Assembly (NCBI GenBank): GCA_951406725.2
Contig: OX597816.1
Coordinates: forward strand, 145,266,001-145,330,000
Direction: 5' to 3'
DNA from: Octopus vulgaris
Taxonomy: Eukaryota
DNA length: 64,000 bases
Position 1 is the first letter of the stretch. Each line of letters begins with the position of its first letter. A program made the position numbers and the translations under genes. The notes under the pieces are model-generated. The model searched no databases. It worked only from the letters and a program-made list of their open reading frames with translations, and was not told where the DNA came from. Below are positions 12,880 through 24,760 of the stretch, piece by piece.

Positions 12880-14165
12880 TTCAGTATCAAACCATCCAAC
12901 AGCTAAAGTCTTCCTCCTTTCTCCTGCCTCATTTATACGCTACTATATATAACAGACGGCAGTCTCCCTTGATTTCTTCCCACATCCAACTTTTTTTTAG
13001 ATCCTGGAAATAGTTTCTTCTTTGCTAGAAAATTATATACTTCATCTGTTATAAGACCAGTTAATAGTTTCCTGTGTAATAGTAAGTAAGCAATGGGTCT
13101 AAAATTGCTGGTTTCCCCTCTCTTTTCTTCGTCCTCCTGTTTCAGCATTGTCCGCCCTTTTGTCATCCATATCGGTGCTCCATTTTCTATGCATCCATTT
13201 AAAAAATAGTCGTATATAACTGTGTATACTTGAGAGATCCTTGAGCCAGAAGCTTGGAGACCATCCGGTTTGAGTGCTTACCAGTTCTTTGTTTTCTTAA
13301 TTATCTCCTTTACTTGCTTATCTATGATTATTATATTTTCTAGTGTCACTCCATTTCCATTTCTCTTTTAAATTCCCGTGACCAGTCTGCTTTTATATTA
13401 TGTTGGACTTCTTTGCTCTAGACTTTTGTCTAGAATTTCGTTTCTGCTTCAGCATCTGGCATATGATTTTCCTGATGTTCTTCTCCATTGCTCAGTTGTT
13501 AATAAAATTTTCTTTCATTGTTCTTGGAGAGTCTCTCTGCAGGTATCCGTTTATTTTGCCAGACACTGCTTTTATACTTTTTCTTAGTTCTTCTTTAGCT
13601 ACTTGCAGTCCTTTTTATCCTATATTGTTCTTCCTTTGAACTTCTTTCCTATGTCTTGGAGTAAAACGAGAAAGAAAAGCAAGGGCTATTGTAACTGCCT
13701 TGAGATGCCATTTCCTTTTCGTTTTTAATGAGTAAATATTATTATTTACCTTCCACTTCTCAGAGCTCTTGATTTCTCTTGATCCGGATAATTCTGTATG
13801 TGCAGACAACAACCTGTTGTAAAGTATCTCACAGGGTCTCTTTTCACGTTACTTAACATCCAAGTAACAATCTCAAAATCTTCACTGTCACCAATTAAAC
13901 TATTTTCTGAGCATGTTCTACCCTCGTGTCAATCCCAATTTCTCCAACAAATTTCTCAAATCTGGTTGTTAATGCTCTGAATGCACCAACAACTACTCGA
14001 ATGACAGTTGTTTCTTTCTTCATTGCCCACATTCGTGTAATTTCATCTGTTAGATGATTGTACTTTTCGACGTAATCTATTTCTTTGCCACGCACTCGTA
14101 CATCTCCAGGTATGCCAATATCAATGATCTTGGTTTCCTTGATCACTTTTGTCAGCTCCACCAAT
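12880..14165 (-). mobile_element. R4/Dong-clade LINE fragments (RT N-terminus and RLE C-terminus)
   Basis: WMTKGRTMLKQ..NFRPIA and IIDIGIPGDVRVRGKE..EKY..EITRMWAMK..VVVGA. Confidence 0.75.
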
Positions 14166-14194
14166 ACCTGGGCTCTGAGCGTTAATCACTGAAC

Positions 14195-15411
14195 CACACT
14201 GCAGTTGCACTATTTTCTGTATGTTTTATATATTTGTAAGTTCTGGTTATGTATTTGAATAAATGTTTTTTTAATCATACCCAATGCACCTATTATTATA
14301 GGGACTCTTTCTGTATTTAGGCTCCACATTCAATTGTATTTTGTATTTTGAGAGTTTCACTGTTCCATTTAGAAATACATTGTCACTTGTTGGGATTCAT
14401 TCATTGATTAGAAGGCATTTTTTGTTGATGATCTCTGACAACTATATCCGGTCTATTAATCTTCATTTCTCTATCTTTGTCTATTAACATATCTCAGAGT
14501 ATGGTTGCCTCGTCATTTTCCGTGACGTTTTTGGGGGTGCGCCTGCACCATATTTTTTCTGCTGTTATTCCATGTGTTGACATAGCTTCCAGTGTATATA
14601 GGCCCCAACTATGTCATGTCTGTAGATATATTCCTTCTTAGCCAAGACTGGACAACCAGAGACAGTATGATTTATTGTTTCTTCACCACGTATTCTACAG
14701 TTACTTGTATTTTTCTTCAGTATGCGTTTCTGGTGGTCTCTGGTGGGGAGACTTTGATTTTGTGCGGCAATTAAAAATCCCGACCTCTCTGATTTGAGCC
14801 CTGAGCTTCTCCACCATTGTTGGGATTTTACTTTGTCCATTTCTTCTCTGTTTAGCTTATCCAAGAGTTTAGCACGTAAGGGGTTTTCTTGCCATCATTT
14901 TATCATGGTATTTTGTTGTTCCAGCTTTAGTTTAGATTTCAGTTGCTTAACAGCTTTTGTTGTTTCTTCTTTTTCTTCATGGTTGTCAGGTACTATTATT
15001 TATTATTTGTATTTTTCAGCCTCCTTAAAGGCAAAAAACAGTTTTTTGTTTTCTCGTGTTTTGTGGCTTTTTGGACCAGTTCTGCTTGCTTCTGAATTCG
15101 ATATTTCTGAAATCCTAGAGTGATTATTTTATAATAGCTTCCTAGTTGTATAAGGTCTCTACCAATTTCAATTCGCTACACATATAATCTTTCTGTCAGA
15201 TTTTGTGTGGTGCATCGTAAATCCTGTCATTATTTTTCATGTTTCCCGTCTAGTTTGGTCAGTTGGTTTAGTGTTCAATTAAGAATTTGTAGCTGTAACT
15301 TATAACTGAGACAGCTAGAGTGTTAATACCTATTAACTTGTTTTTCGCATTGAGCTCTGTTTTAAGCATTAATCTAACTCGTCTACAGTTTTCCTTCCTT
15401 ATCTTCTTTTT
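14195..15411 (-). mobile_element. R4/Dong-clade LINE 3' fragment abutting (ATT)n/(GTT)n
   Basis: LKTELNAKNKLIGINTLAV, FLIAAQNQSLPTR, CRI..ETINHTVSGCPVLAKKEYIYRHD; same family as 53837-55450. Confidence 0.88.
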
Positions 15412-15489
15412 CATTATTATTATTGTTATTATTATTATTATTGTTGTTGTTGTTGTTGTTGTTGTTGTTATACACACAACAGAAAATTC

Positions 15490-17070
15490 TCAACATTGGT
15501 TTAACCTTAGATGACAAGAACCCTCCTAAGTATCCTAGCTGTCCTTAATAACTCTGTTTCCTGGAGCTGTACTGGGTTTTATGCTTATTTGCACTATCCA
15601 TCTGTTCAAATCATTAGGGATAGTTCCTAATGCAGCTATAACTACTAGGATACATTTTACCCGCCCTTTCCATAGCCTCTGTAATTCAAAGACTAGATCC
15701 TGATACTTTGCTATTTTTTCTATACCTTTCATATTGATTTTTTCATGATTTAGTACTGTAAAGTCAATTATCTGGCACTTTCTATTCTCTTTACTACTAC
15801 TAAACCAGGCCTTCTAGCTTCTATTACTCTGTCAGTTTGAATGTTAAAGTCCCACAACATGATATGTATCTTGCTTTCGAGTAAGTACTTTACTAGGTTC
15901 ATGTTCATACCATTTATCAGTATGGTAAAATCCTAGCTTTCTACATATCTCACAGTGGATTACCCTCCCAGGTTGTCATGTCTTTTCTTGTATTCTTTCT
16001 GTGCCAGCATGCTACATTCACTTACTACATGAGTAAAAAGTTCCTCTTTTGATTTGCATACTATACATTGAGAGTCTACTTAGTTTTTGTCTATTTTGGC
16101 TTTTGTTCAATTAGTCCTTAATGCTGGATCTTGTGCAAGTATTAACAAACATTCTGTCTCCCTTTTCAGCCTTCCTTTCTACAGCCATAACTATGTCTCG
16201 CTAATATTATTTGCTGCAACTATCTTTGGGAACCTACCATGCAAAGTCTTCTCCTGCCAGCCAGAAAACTTTTATTCTTTTTTCTGGATTTTAACTTACT
16301 TTGGCTCTTTGGTTTCCCTATGTCTTGCTCTGACACTAGCAGCTCTTAAACTTTCTTTATTATTACCTACACACAAGTCTATATCTGCTCTAGCTAAATC
16401 CACGCAGTCTTCTACTGATATTAGTCTTCTTCCACATTCCTTTCTGGGTAAGTATACTCTTTCTACTTCTGCCCTTGGGTTGGGTTATCCATTCATATTG
16501 AATTCTTTCCTAGTACTTCTGTCTAGCTTTCATAATTCAGTTTTCGTCCAATCTACAGAAGCTACTGGGTATCTAAGTAAGGATACTGCCCAAGTATTTA
16601 CAGCCTTCACTGGATTTGGAACGTTTAGCTTTGACTTCATTAGCTTCCCCACTATTTTGATGTTCTCCTCAATTTTCGTCTTCATTTCTATAGTTAGTAC
16701 TCTGTCAGATTCTAATACACCTAGATACTTATAACTCTCTAATTTTTTCAGTGATTTGATTGACCAGTGATATGGTAATTGGATTCCTTCACTATTAACC
16801 ATCTATCCCCTTTTCATGACTAATATAGCACACATATCTATGCCAAATTTCATGCCTGTATCTTTGCTGAAGTGTCTAACAATCAGTGTATTAAGGAAGC
16901 TATTGCTTCTATATTCTCTTTAAAAAGGTTCAGATCATCGTATAAAGCAAATGGTTTATTTTCCCCTTACTGTTTCTGAACAGGTATCCTGCTTTTGCTT
17001 TCATTAATACTAAACTGAGGGGGATCAAATATACGACAAATATAAAAGGGAATAACGAGAACCTTGATAA
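15490..17070 (-). mobile_element. R4/Dong-clade LINE fragment (different subfamily)
   Basis: YKYLGVLESD, AVNTWAVSLLRY, KIAKYQDLVFELQRLW. Confidence 0.8.
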
Positions 17071-17089
17071 CCAGAATTGATTGCCCCCA

Positions 17090-18125
17090 AATCAGAAAGG
17101 TTGCAGGAAGAAGGCTAGAGGAACGCATGATCTATTATATATAGAAAAAAGTAAAAACTAGTCATCCAGTCTGGTAGTATTCCTCCATTAAGGCAATCCT
17201 GAAGTTGCTCTCTCAACCTTCCATGTAAACTACTGAATTTCTTTAGCTACTAGCTTTGAACTAAATCTGGTCCTGGGTCCTTCCAATTCGGCATTTTTCA
17301 TAATACTTTACTCATTAATGCACTAGGTATTTGTAGCACTCCGCTGGTTCTAACTCCTTTATGACATTCTGCTGGTCAACATTAACATTGTATGTTTCTG
17401 TCATTTTTCCTTTCATAAAGGTAGCTTTTGCCCATTTATCGAGGCCAAATTGCATCCTGATGTCATCACTGAATTGTTTAACAACTGCTAGTAAGCCCTG
17501 TAGGTGATGGTCACGTTTTCTGCAAAGAGCTTTAAATCATCTATATAAAAGAGATGATTTATATTTTTATCAAACATTTTATAGCCATTTTGTACATCAT
17601 TGAGCAATTTCGAGAGAGGTATTAAGGCTAGACAAAAGATGAGTTGTGGTAGAGAGTCAACCTGGAAAATGCCACATGAAATTCTTACATCTCCAGCATT
17701 GAGAGATGCATTGTCATTTTTCAAAGTCAGTGTGGTTTTCCATGATCTAAAACTTACAGACAAGAAGTTTCGCAGATTAGGTGATATTTTATACATTTCT
17801 AGATATTTCTTAATACAGCTATTTGGTAGAATATGAAAAGCATTTTTACAGTCTATCCAGGCTATCGACAAGTTTTGTGTCTTTTGTGACACATCTTCCA
17901 AGATCATCTTATTGATGTGTACGTTTATATCCTTTTCGCTCATTAAGGAATATGCCACTTTCTATAAAAAAACAAACTATAGGTATATGCAGTCAAGGCA
18001 GATGTTAGCGTTTTATACATTGTTGTTAAGCAGGCTATGGGTCTATAATTTTTTGGTTCATTTGTATCTTCATTTGTTTGCAGTAGGAATGTAACACCAT
18101 TAACTAGCCAAGAGGGAATCATGCT
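17090..18125 (-). mobile_element. R4/Dong-clade LINE RT fragments
   Basis: PKNYRPIACLTTMYK, AWIDCKNAF, GIFQVDSLPQLIFCLAL, HLFYIDDLKLFA. Confidence 0.85.
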
Positions 18126-18129
18126 AGGC

Positions 18130-19135
18130 TGTTGCATTTCCTTCAACCTGATCCATCTGGTAGGTACCTAAGAGATCAGTAGAGAATTTTTTGCTCTCTT
18201 TCAAAATAGAGTGAAGTTTTATCGGTCTTCCATGTTTTTCAACAGGTTTTAGCATCCAGTCGTTGGTTGTTTCAAGGTATTTGGCTAGTCTGATTATGGT
18301 GGTTTTCTGCGTACGTTCAAGCTGGATCAAGTCTCAAACTCCCTGAGCTCTGGGAAGGTGAAGACGATCCACGTCTGCCTTTGGATGGTGCGTCTTATTA
18401 CAAGTCAGTATTATTTCCCTGGTATTCCAGTTAAGCACATTGAAGCTATAAAGAACAACTGGGACTGCTAAGGAATTTATGGCTAACATCTTGTTACATG
18501 CATTCAGCTCAGACTTCCGGACTGCTAGAACTCTTCTATAACATTCCTTCCTAACCTTCTCTTTCATGTTTACATGCTGGATACTAGAGCCTTCATTTAT
18601 TCCTAGGTATTTATAAGTTTGTTCCTGCTCAAGTTCCTTTATTATTTTTACGACATCTAATTCGATTGAACTTGACTTTGCCAATTTCCCTTTCTTAAAA
18701 GTGGCTTTGGCACACTTTTCAAGGCCAAACTCCATCCCGATATCATCACTGAATCCTTTCACAGTATTTAGTAGTCCTTCAAGCTCTTCATCATCTTTGC
18801 CATATAGTTTTAAATCATCCATATAAAATAGATGACTTATTTTCTTGTCAATTTTGTAGCCACACTCTGATCTATTTGGTTCACTTGAGAGTGGTATTAG
18901 TGTTATGCAGAAAATTAGTGGTGAAAGTGAGTCACCTTGGAAAATGCCACAGTTTATACTAATATTGTTTGAGCGCAATACTCCATTAGAATGATATAAT
19001 TGGAGCTTCTTGTTTCATAATGACATATTATACTTTAAAAAATCTAAAATCACAGGAGAAATCTTGAAAATGTCCAGCGATTTCAGAATCCACGAATGTG
19101 GTATGCTGTCGAAGGCTTTTTTTTATAATCAATTT
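18130..19135 (-). mobile_element. R4/Dong-clade LINE RT fragment
   Basis: ORF 18334-18978: GIFQGDSLSPLIFC..HLFYMDDLKLY..FGLEKCA..YKYLG. Confidence 0.9.
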
Positions 19136-19137
19136 TT

Positions 19138-19625
19138 ACTGTATTGAAAGTGCTTTACGTAGGATGTGTGCGGTACCTAGTAGTACTATTTTCTGTATGT
19201 TATATATACTTGTAGTTCTGGTGTTTTTGCTATGTATATATCTGAATATTTTTTTATCATACCTAATATGCCTACTATGATAGGAATTGTTTCTGCTTTT
19301 AGGCTCCACATTCAAGTTACCTCTATTTCCAGATCTTTGTATTTTGAAGTTTTCTATGTTTCTTTTAGAGAAACATTGTCATCTGTTGGTAATGATACAT
19401 CGATTAGAAACATTTTGTTTCTTGGTGATCTCTGACAACTATATTCGGCCTATTGGCCTTAATTTCTCTATCTGTGTGTATTGGCATATCCCAGAATATG
19501 GTTGCTTTCTCGTTTTCTGTTACCTTTTCTAGTGTGCGCCCATACCATCTTTTTTCAGTTGTTATTCTATAGCATTGGCATAGCTTCCAATGTATATTGT
19601 CCCAACTCTGTCATGTCTGTGTACA
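19138..19625 (-). mobile_element. R4/Dong-clade LINE 3' fragment adjacent to the (ATT)n tract
   Basis: HRHDRVGTIY../RPNIVVRD../QKIVLLGTAHILRKALSIQ*. Confidence 0.85.
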
Positions 19626-19664
19626 TCTTCTTCTTCTTCCGATTATTGGCGTAGTAGTAGCTGT

Positions 19665-19732
19665 TATCATTATTATTATTGCTATTGTTATAATTATCAT
19701 TATTACGATTATTATTATTGTTATTATTGTTG

Positions 19733-19776
<44 letters not shown>

Positions 19777-19831
19777 GTTATTATTATTGTTATTGTTATT
19801 ATTGTTATTGTTAGTATTATTATTATTATTA

Positions 19832-19898
<67 letters not shown>

Positions 19899-19992
19899 CA
19901 TCATCATCATCATTACAATTATTATTATTGGTGTAGTAGTATTTGTCCTTTTATCGTTGTTATTATTATCATTGATATTGTTATTCTTGTTG

Positions 19993-20024
<32 letters not shown>

Positions 20025-20025
20025 T
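19665..20025. repeat. (ATT)n-rich microsatellite immediately upstream of the TRIM exon
   Basis: Directly visible; it is the source of the poly-I/L/Y ORFs. Confidence 0.95.
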
Positions 20026-20040
20026 CATTACTTTTTTCAG
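20026..20040 (+). promoter_or_regulatory. Putative splice acceptor of the TRIM coding exon
   Basis: Polypyrimidine cttttttcag ends at 20040, 26 nt before the ATG, implying a non-coding upstream exon. Confidence 0.55.
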
Positions 20041-20066
20041 CTTTTTTTTGTGAAATCTACGTTTTA

Positions 20067-21887
20067 ATGGCATCCTTAAGCTTGACGGATCTCGAATGTT
20101 CCATATGCTTCAATCAGTTTGACAAACCGAAAGGGCTTCCCTGTCACCATTGTTTTTGCGTTGAATGCCTACAGGATCATATAAATAATAATAAACAGTC
20201 ATGCTTACAAACTGGCTATTTTTATTGCCCAATCTGCAAAGCTGTTACCTATCCACTAGATCGTAGCAAAGCGGTAGAAGAATGGGCGAAAACTTTTCAC
20301 AATGATTTTCGGATTGGTCAAATACAAGAAATAGTTTCATTTGAAACGATGATGAGTTGCACGTGTCATGATAACAATGAAATAAATCTGTATTGTACGT
20401 TTTGTGAAGTAGTTATTTGCAGTGAATGTCGCACTGAGAAGCACCAAAACTGTAAAGGAGTTTTATCCATAAGTCAAGCTGCCATATCAAAACGAATCGA
20501 AGCTGAGAATCATTTGAAGTTTCTGAAGGATTTGAAAGCAGAGGAAAGCAAGAAACTTAAAGAATTACACCTGGAAAAAGAAAATATTCTTAGTGATAAA
20601 GAGAAAATTTTGAACAAAGTCGACGCACATGTCAAAGATATCGTTCGAATGATAACATCTAAAGGAGATTTACTGAATAAAGACGCCACAAGAATGATGA
20701 ATGTTGAATTAGAAAAACTTCGTATCTACGAGGAAAATTACAAAGAAAAAATAGAATCCTTAAGAAATTGTATTGAAAAAGTTTCTGAGGTGATGAAAGA
20801 AAAATCTGCTTCAAAGTTTGTTGTGTCTTATTTCCCAGTTAGAAAATGTATCAACAGATTTAATTCTTCTGACTACCGTCTAACACGAAGAGTGTTATCA
20901 TTAAATATTACATCGGAATTTTCAAAAGCCTTGCAAGATTTAGAAAAATGCCCATTCGGCCATGTTAGTTACGAAGGCGATATATCTAATGGAGAAATAG
21001 AACATACAGAAGACATGAAAAATTCTAAAGGGCTAAAAAAGAATCACAATATTGTAAATTTGCAAAAAGTTGAAGAATTTACATCCGATGACGAAAGTAC
21101 CTTTACATCAATCTTAAATTTAATTTGTATCATTCCTGGGGGAGGATACCTGATGAGCGACAACAAACACGGAATCTTACAGTTCTGTCCGAAAGGTAAT
21201 CAAATTAACAGATTTGATCTGAGAAGTCAGCCGCATGGATTGTGCATTCACTCTCACAGTTTCGCAATCGTATCTCTACCCGATGAACTTCAACTGTGTA
21301 TAATTAAATTCTCCCGAAACTTTGTCGCAAATGTCATGTGCATGCTGAATTTCTTCAAAAAATATAAAAGGATCCAATGTAAATCAAAGTACAGTGCCAT
21401 CGCTAAAAGCTATGACGGAAGGTTAATTTGTAAATGTCTAGAAAAACCTGTTATTGAAGTCGTGTTCATTTTTGATAATAGAGCCAAACCACTACAGCAA
21501 TTCTATCTTGATATCGCTTATGTTTCAAAATCTGATCCTTGTTACATGACAATAGCACCAGATGAGACAATTGTGCTTTCGTGCTACCGAGCTGGATTAT
21601 TGTACGGTATCGGTCGATCTGGAAATAAAAAATTCCACATCAAGAATGTTGAAGGACAACCGATTGAAGGACCGGGTGGTGTCTGCTGCGATACTGAATA
21701 CATCTATGCCACAGAACTGGGACGTTCAAACATATTACGTTTTGATTTATGCGGTAACTTCATAAGTTATTTGACTCCTTCATCAGATCTCCCCATACCC
21801 GTTGCATTAGACATCAACCGCAATGAGAAACAACTGGTTGTTACGCGAATGATACCGAAACCAACAATCGAAATTTACCAACTTTAA
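20067..21887 (+). CDS. TRIM-family E3 ubiquitin ligase (RING, B-box2, coiled coil, NHL-like beta-propeller), 606 aa, single coding exon
   Basis: C3HC4 RING (CSIC..CHHCFCVEC..CPIC), B-box2 (CTCH..CTFC..CSEC..H..C), heptad-rich coiled coil and C-terminal NHL-like repeats (PHGLCI, GPGGVCCD..IYATE). The ORF is uninterrupted. Confidence 0.93.
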   Translation: MASLSLTDLECSICFNQFDKPKGLPCHHCFCVECLQDHINNNKQSCLQTGYFYCPICKAVTYPLDRSKAVEEWAKTFHNDFRIGQIQEIVSFETMMSCTCHDNNEINLYCTFCEVVICSECRTEKHQNCKGVLSISQAAISKRIEAENHLKFLKDLKAEESKKLKELHLEKENILSDKEKILNKVDAHVKDIVRMITSKGDLLNKDATRMMNVELEKLRIYEENYKEKIESLRNCIEKVSEVMKEKSASKFVVSYFPVRKCINRFNSSDYRLTRRVLSLNITSEFSKALQDLEKCPFGHVSYEGDISNGEIEHTEDMKNSKGLKKNHNIVNLQKVEEFTSDDESTFTSILNLICIIPGGGYLMSDNKHGILQFCPKGNQINRFDLRSQPHGLCIHSHSFAIVSLPDELQLCIIKFSRNFVANVMCMLNFFKKYKRIQCKSKYSAIAKSYDGRLICKCLEKPVIEVVFIFDNRAKPLQQFYLDIAYVSKSDPCYMTIAPDETIVLSCYRAGLLYGIGRSGNKKFHIKNVEGQPIEGPGGVCCDTEYIYATELGRSNILRFDLCGNFISYLTPSSDLPIPVALDINRNEKQLVVTRMIPKPTIEIYQL

Positions 21888-22440
21888 AGTTTATCATTAA
21901 GGTCTAGTGATTGTGTTTGAGTATGGTTTTGACTGTTCTATTTATTTGTCAATTCAAACAAAATTCCAAAAGAAATATTTAAAGTAACAGATATCAGGAT
22001 AACATATGGCTGAAGTCAGATCTGTAAACATTCATTCAAGTCCATGCTCAATAATATAAGTACACACACTTTCCCACATACTCACAGAAATGAATATGCT
22101 GAAACAATACAGGCGAAACATAAAACACGTAATCTATTCTACCTTGAATTTCTAAGTTTAATGTCAATCGATGCCATACATATCTATACTGGAAATCATA
22201 CTCGCATATATACATGCATATGTGTGCAAAATATTTATTTAAGTCTAATTATCGATGTATGCAACCTCTAAGGCATGAATGCGCACGTAAAAAGCGTGTC
22301 AACGCTGCTGGAAAAAAATGATGTGGCGCTTGTAGTGTTCAGGATTTATACACATTGAATATTAAAAAAAAATAGCCATGAGATTTGAGACAAAGAGATG
22401 TTTCTAACAATTATTCTATTTTGAAGTATTGAAATTTGAT

Positions 22441-22709
22441 ATTGCAAAGTCAAATAAATGGTGTTGAACCGTCTGTATTAAATCAAGGAAACTGATATTT
22501 TTGAACCATTTAGAATATTTATTATATCATTCGTAGAATCAAACCATGGATTTACCTGATGATACTGGTAATAAAGCATTGCATTGAAAAGTCAAATAAA
22601 TGGGTGTTGAACTGTCTGTATTGAATCAAGGAAACTAATATTTTTGAACCATTTGATTCGTAGAATCAAACCATGGAGTTACTTAAAGATACTGGTAATA
22701 AAACATTGT
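22441..22709 (+). repeat. Tandem duplication (about 140 bp x2) in the putative TRIM 3' UTR, each unit with two AATAAA
   Basis: 22441-22582 and 22583-22709 align (aagtcaaataaatgg..gatactggtaataaa). Confidence 0.85.
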
Positions 22710-24509
22710 AGCAAGTTAATTTCAAATGTTGTTTTCATTATGATTTGGTAAAGTGAAAAAGTACGGCACATATACCTATTTGAGAAGCAACCCTATCATA
22801 TGACATGCATAATTGTATATTTGAGAAATATAATCTATTCAAACCTATAGGGGATCCATACACTCTGTACAACGTAATATATATAATTAAATATAAGAAA
22901 ATTTCACGCGATACGTCTTCTTTAATAGATAAACATCAGCCCCGTTTACTTCTCAAAGAGAGTGTGGAAGAAATGATTCAGTTAGTTTGCTATGTGCGGA
23001 AAAGTTTTACACAGAGCAACTACTTTCATTAGTAATAGTGAAATGTATTTGTTTTTGTATTCATGACTTTTGAGTATAGGATAAGAAAGGTATTTTCAGA
23101 ATAGATGAAATATATGCATATATATTTACATATATACATGCACACACTCTCACACTTGTATTAATAGAGTGTGTTGATAATGCAGTAATAATGCTTCTAT
23201 GCAAAAATCACAAATATTCAACAACAGCTTGTGTAAAATTGATTACTAAAATCGCAGTCATTTTTGCTTAGCTGAATGTGTTTAAAGGGAATATAATATT
23301 GTTTATCACCTTTGCGTTGTATGCGTTCCTAATCAGTAGTCATTTGATACCATGAATGCTTGTTCTGTGTTGGTGTACGTAAATGTAAAAAACACACACC
23401 TGCATATATATACGTAGGAGACAGAGGGTAACATGTTACTGGTAGTACAGTTGTAGATCAACATTTGCGTTGATGTGTACATATACTTACATACTTAAAA
23501 TGTATATAGTATCTGTCCCACATTAATCGGCTGAAACGTTTATATCCATGTGTAAAACAATGTAGGTATGCAAGGTTATGTATTTATGGAATTACTCTCC
23601 ACTGCTGGTGCGTTTAATCAAGTATATATGTATGAAAGTAAAAATTTAAAAGAAAACGTTTTCAAATAAGAAATGTTCTTATACAGGAGTTCGATTTGTA
23701 TTTTACACAAGGTGAGTTTGCACACACAATTAAAGACAGGAACACCCATATTGCTGAGAAAGCTTCATACGTAAAAAAAAAAAGATATGTTTGTATAAAA
23801 AGTATGCGTGTGTATAAAGTTTTAAGGTACGTTATACTTTAAATACATTTTGCAGTAGGAGAAAAATTGCATTTTGATATCCGGTTTCTGCTGCTACGGA
23901 GTTAAACAAAATTTGAAGAAGGTCATTTCAATACATGTATCCCCTGTATGGTAGGTTCATGTGAGATCAAATCAATTTTGTATTACCCCCAAACTTATGT
24001 CATTTCGATGAAAGGTACGCAACTTGTGATTTGTGTATTTCATGCCGTTTATATTAGTTTAACAAGAGTTAAAGTTGTGTTCTAAGAAACACTTACAACA
24101 TAATTTATTTTAAGTTGTCTGAATTACAAGAGAAATTGTTTTTAATTTTGAAGGTAGGACCCTGTTTGAAGTGGAAGCTACAGTTTCACCATTTGTTCAG
24201 TATTTTGTGTAACTTTGCCTAGGACAATATCCTTAGTGGTTTCAACTTTCTCTTACATTTTATTATTGGATGGTTTTCTACAATGTCTTTCATTTGTTGG
24301 TCCTGTAACTTTAACATTAAGTCTATACAGGTGTTGATGAAAATGTCGGAGCTTTTTGGGTTGAATGCTTTCCTCGGTGTAAAAAGTAGATATTATTGTG
24401 GGTCGATTGGTTTAAAATGTCTCTTTCAAGCATTGCATTTTGTGTTGTTATTAGTATATCTTAAAAGGGGAACTTATTCTTTTCAAATCTAGGCACAAGG
24501 CCCGAAATC

Positions 24510-24760
24510 CATTAGTTATTAACTAAATATGCTATTTAGTCTATTATTTTCTTTTGCCGAAGCACTTGGTTACAGGAATGTAAACTCATTGTGAAGCGAT
24601 GGTGGGGAACAAACACTAACACACACACACACACACCACGGGCTTCTACATAGTTTCTCTCTATCAAAGTCTCTCACAAGATATTGGTCGAATCGGGACT
24701 GTAGTAGAAGACAATTTTCAAAGGTGTTACACAGTAGGGCTAAACCTAAAAGATGTTGGA
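24510..24760 (-). mobile_element. Degenerate SINE family A copy
   Basis: cttttgccgaagc..acacac..gtagtagaagaca..aaggtgttacacagtagggctaaacc. Confidence 0.6.

Noticed and set aside
19590-20067. Poly-I/L hydrophobic ORFs resembling membrane proteins, adjoining the TRIM start
   Set aside because: (ATT)n microsatellite; not in a continuous frame with the TRIM ORF.
23688-23712. Micro-exon (tacag..aag/gtgagt)
   Set aside because: Only about 25 nt, at the edge of a DNA-transposon-like tract; chance splice-like motifs are common and no partner exons were seen.
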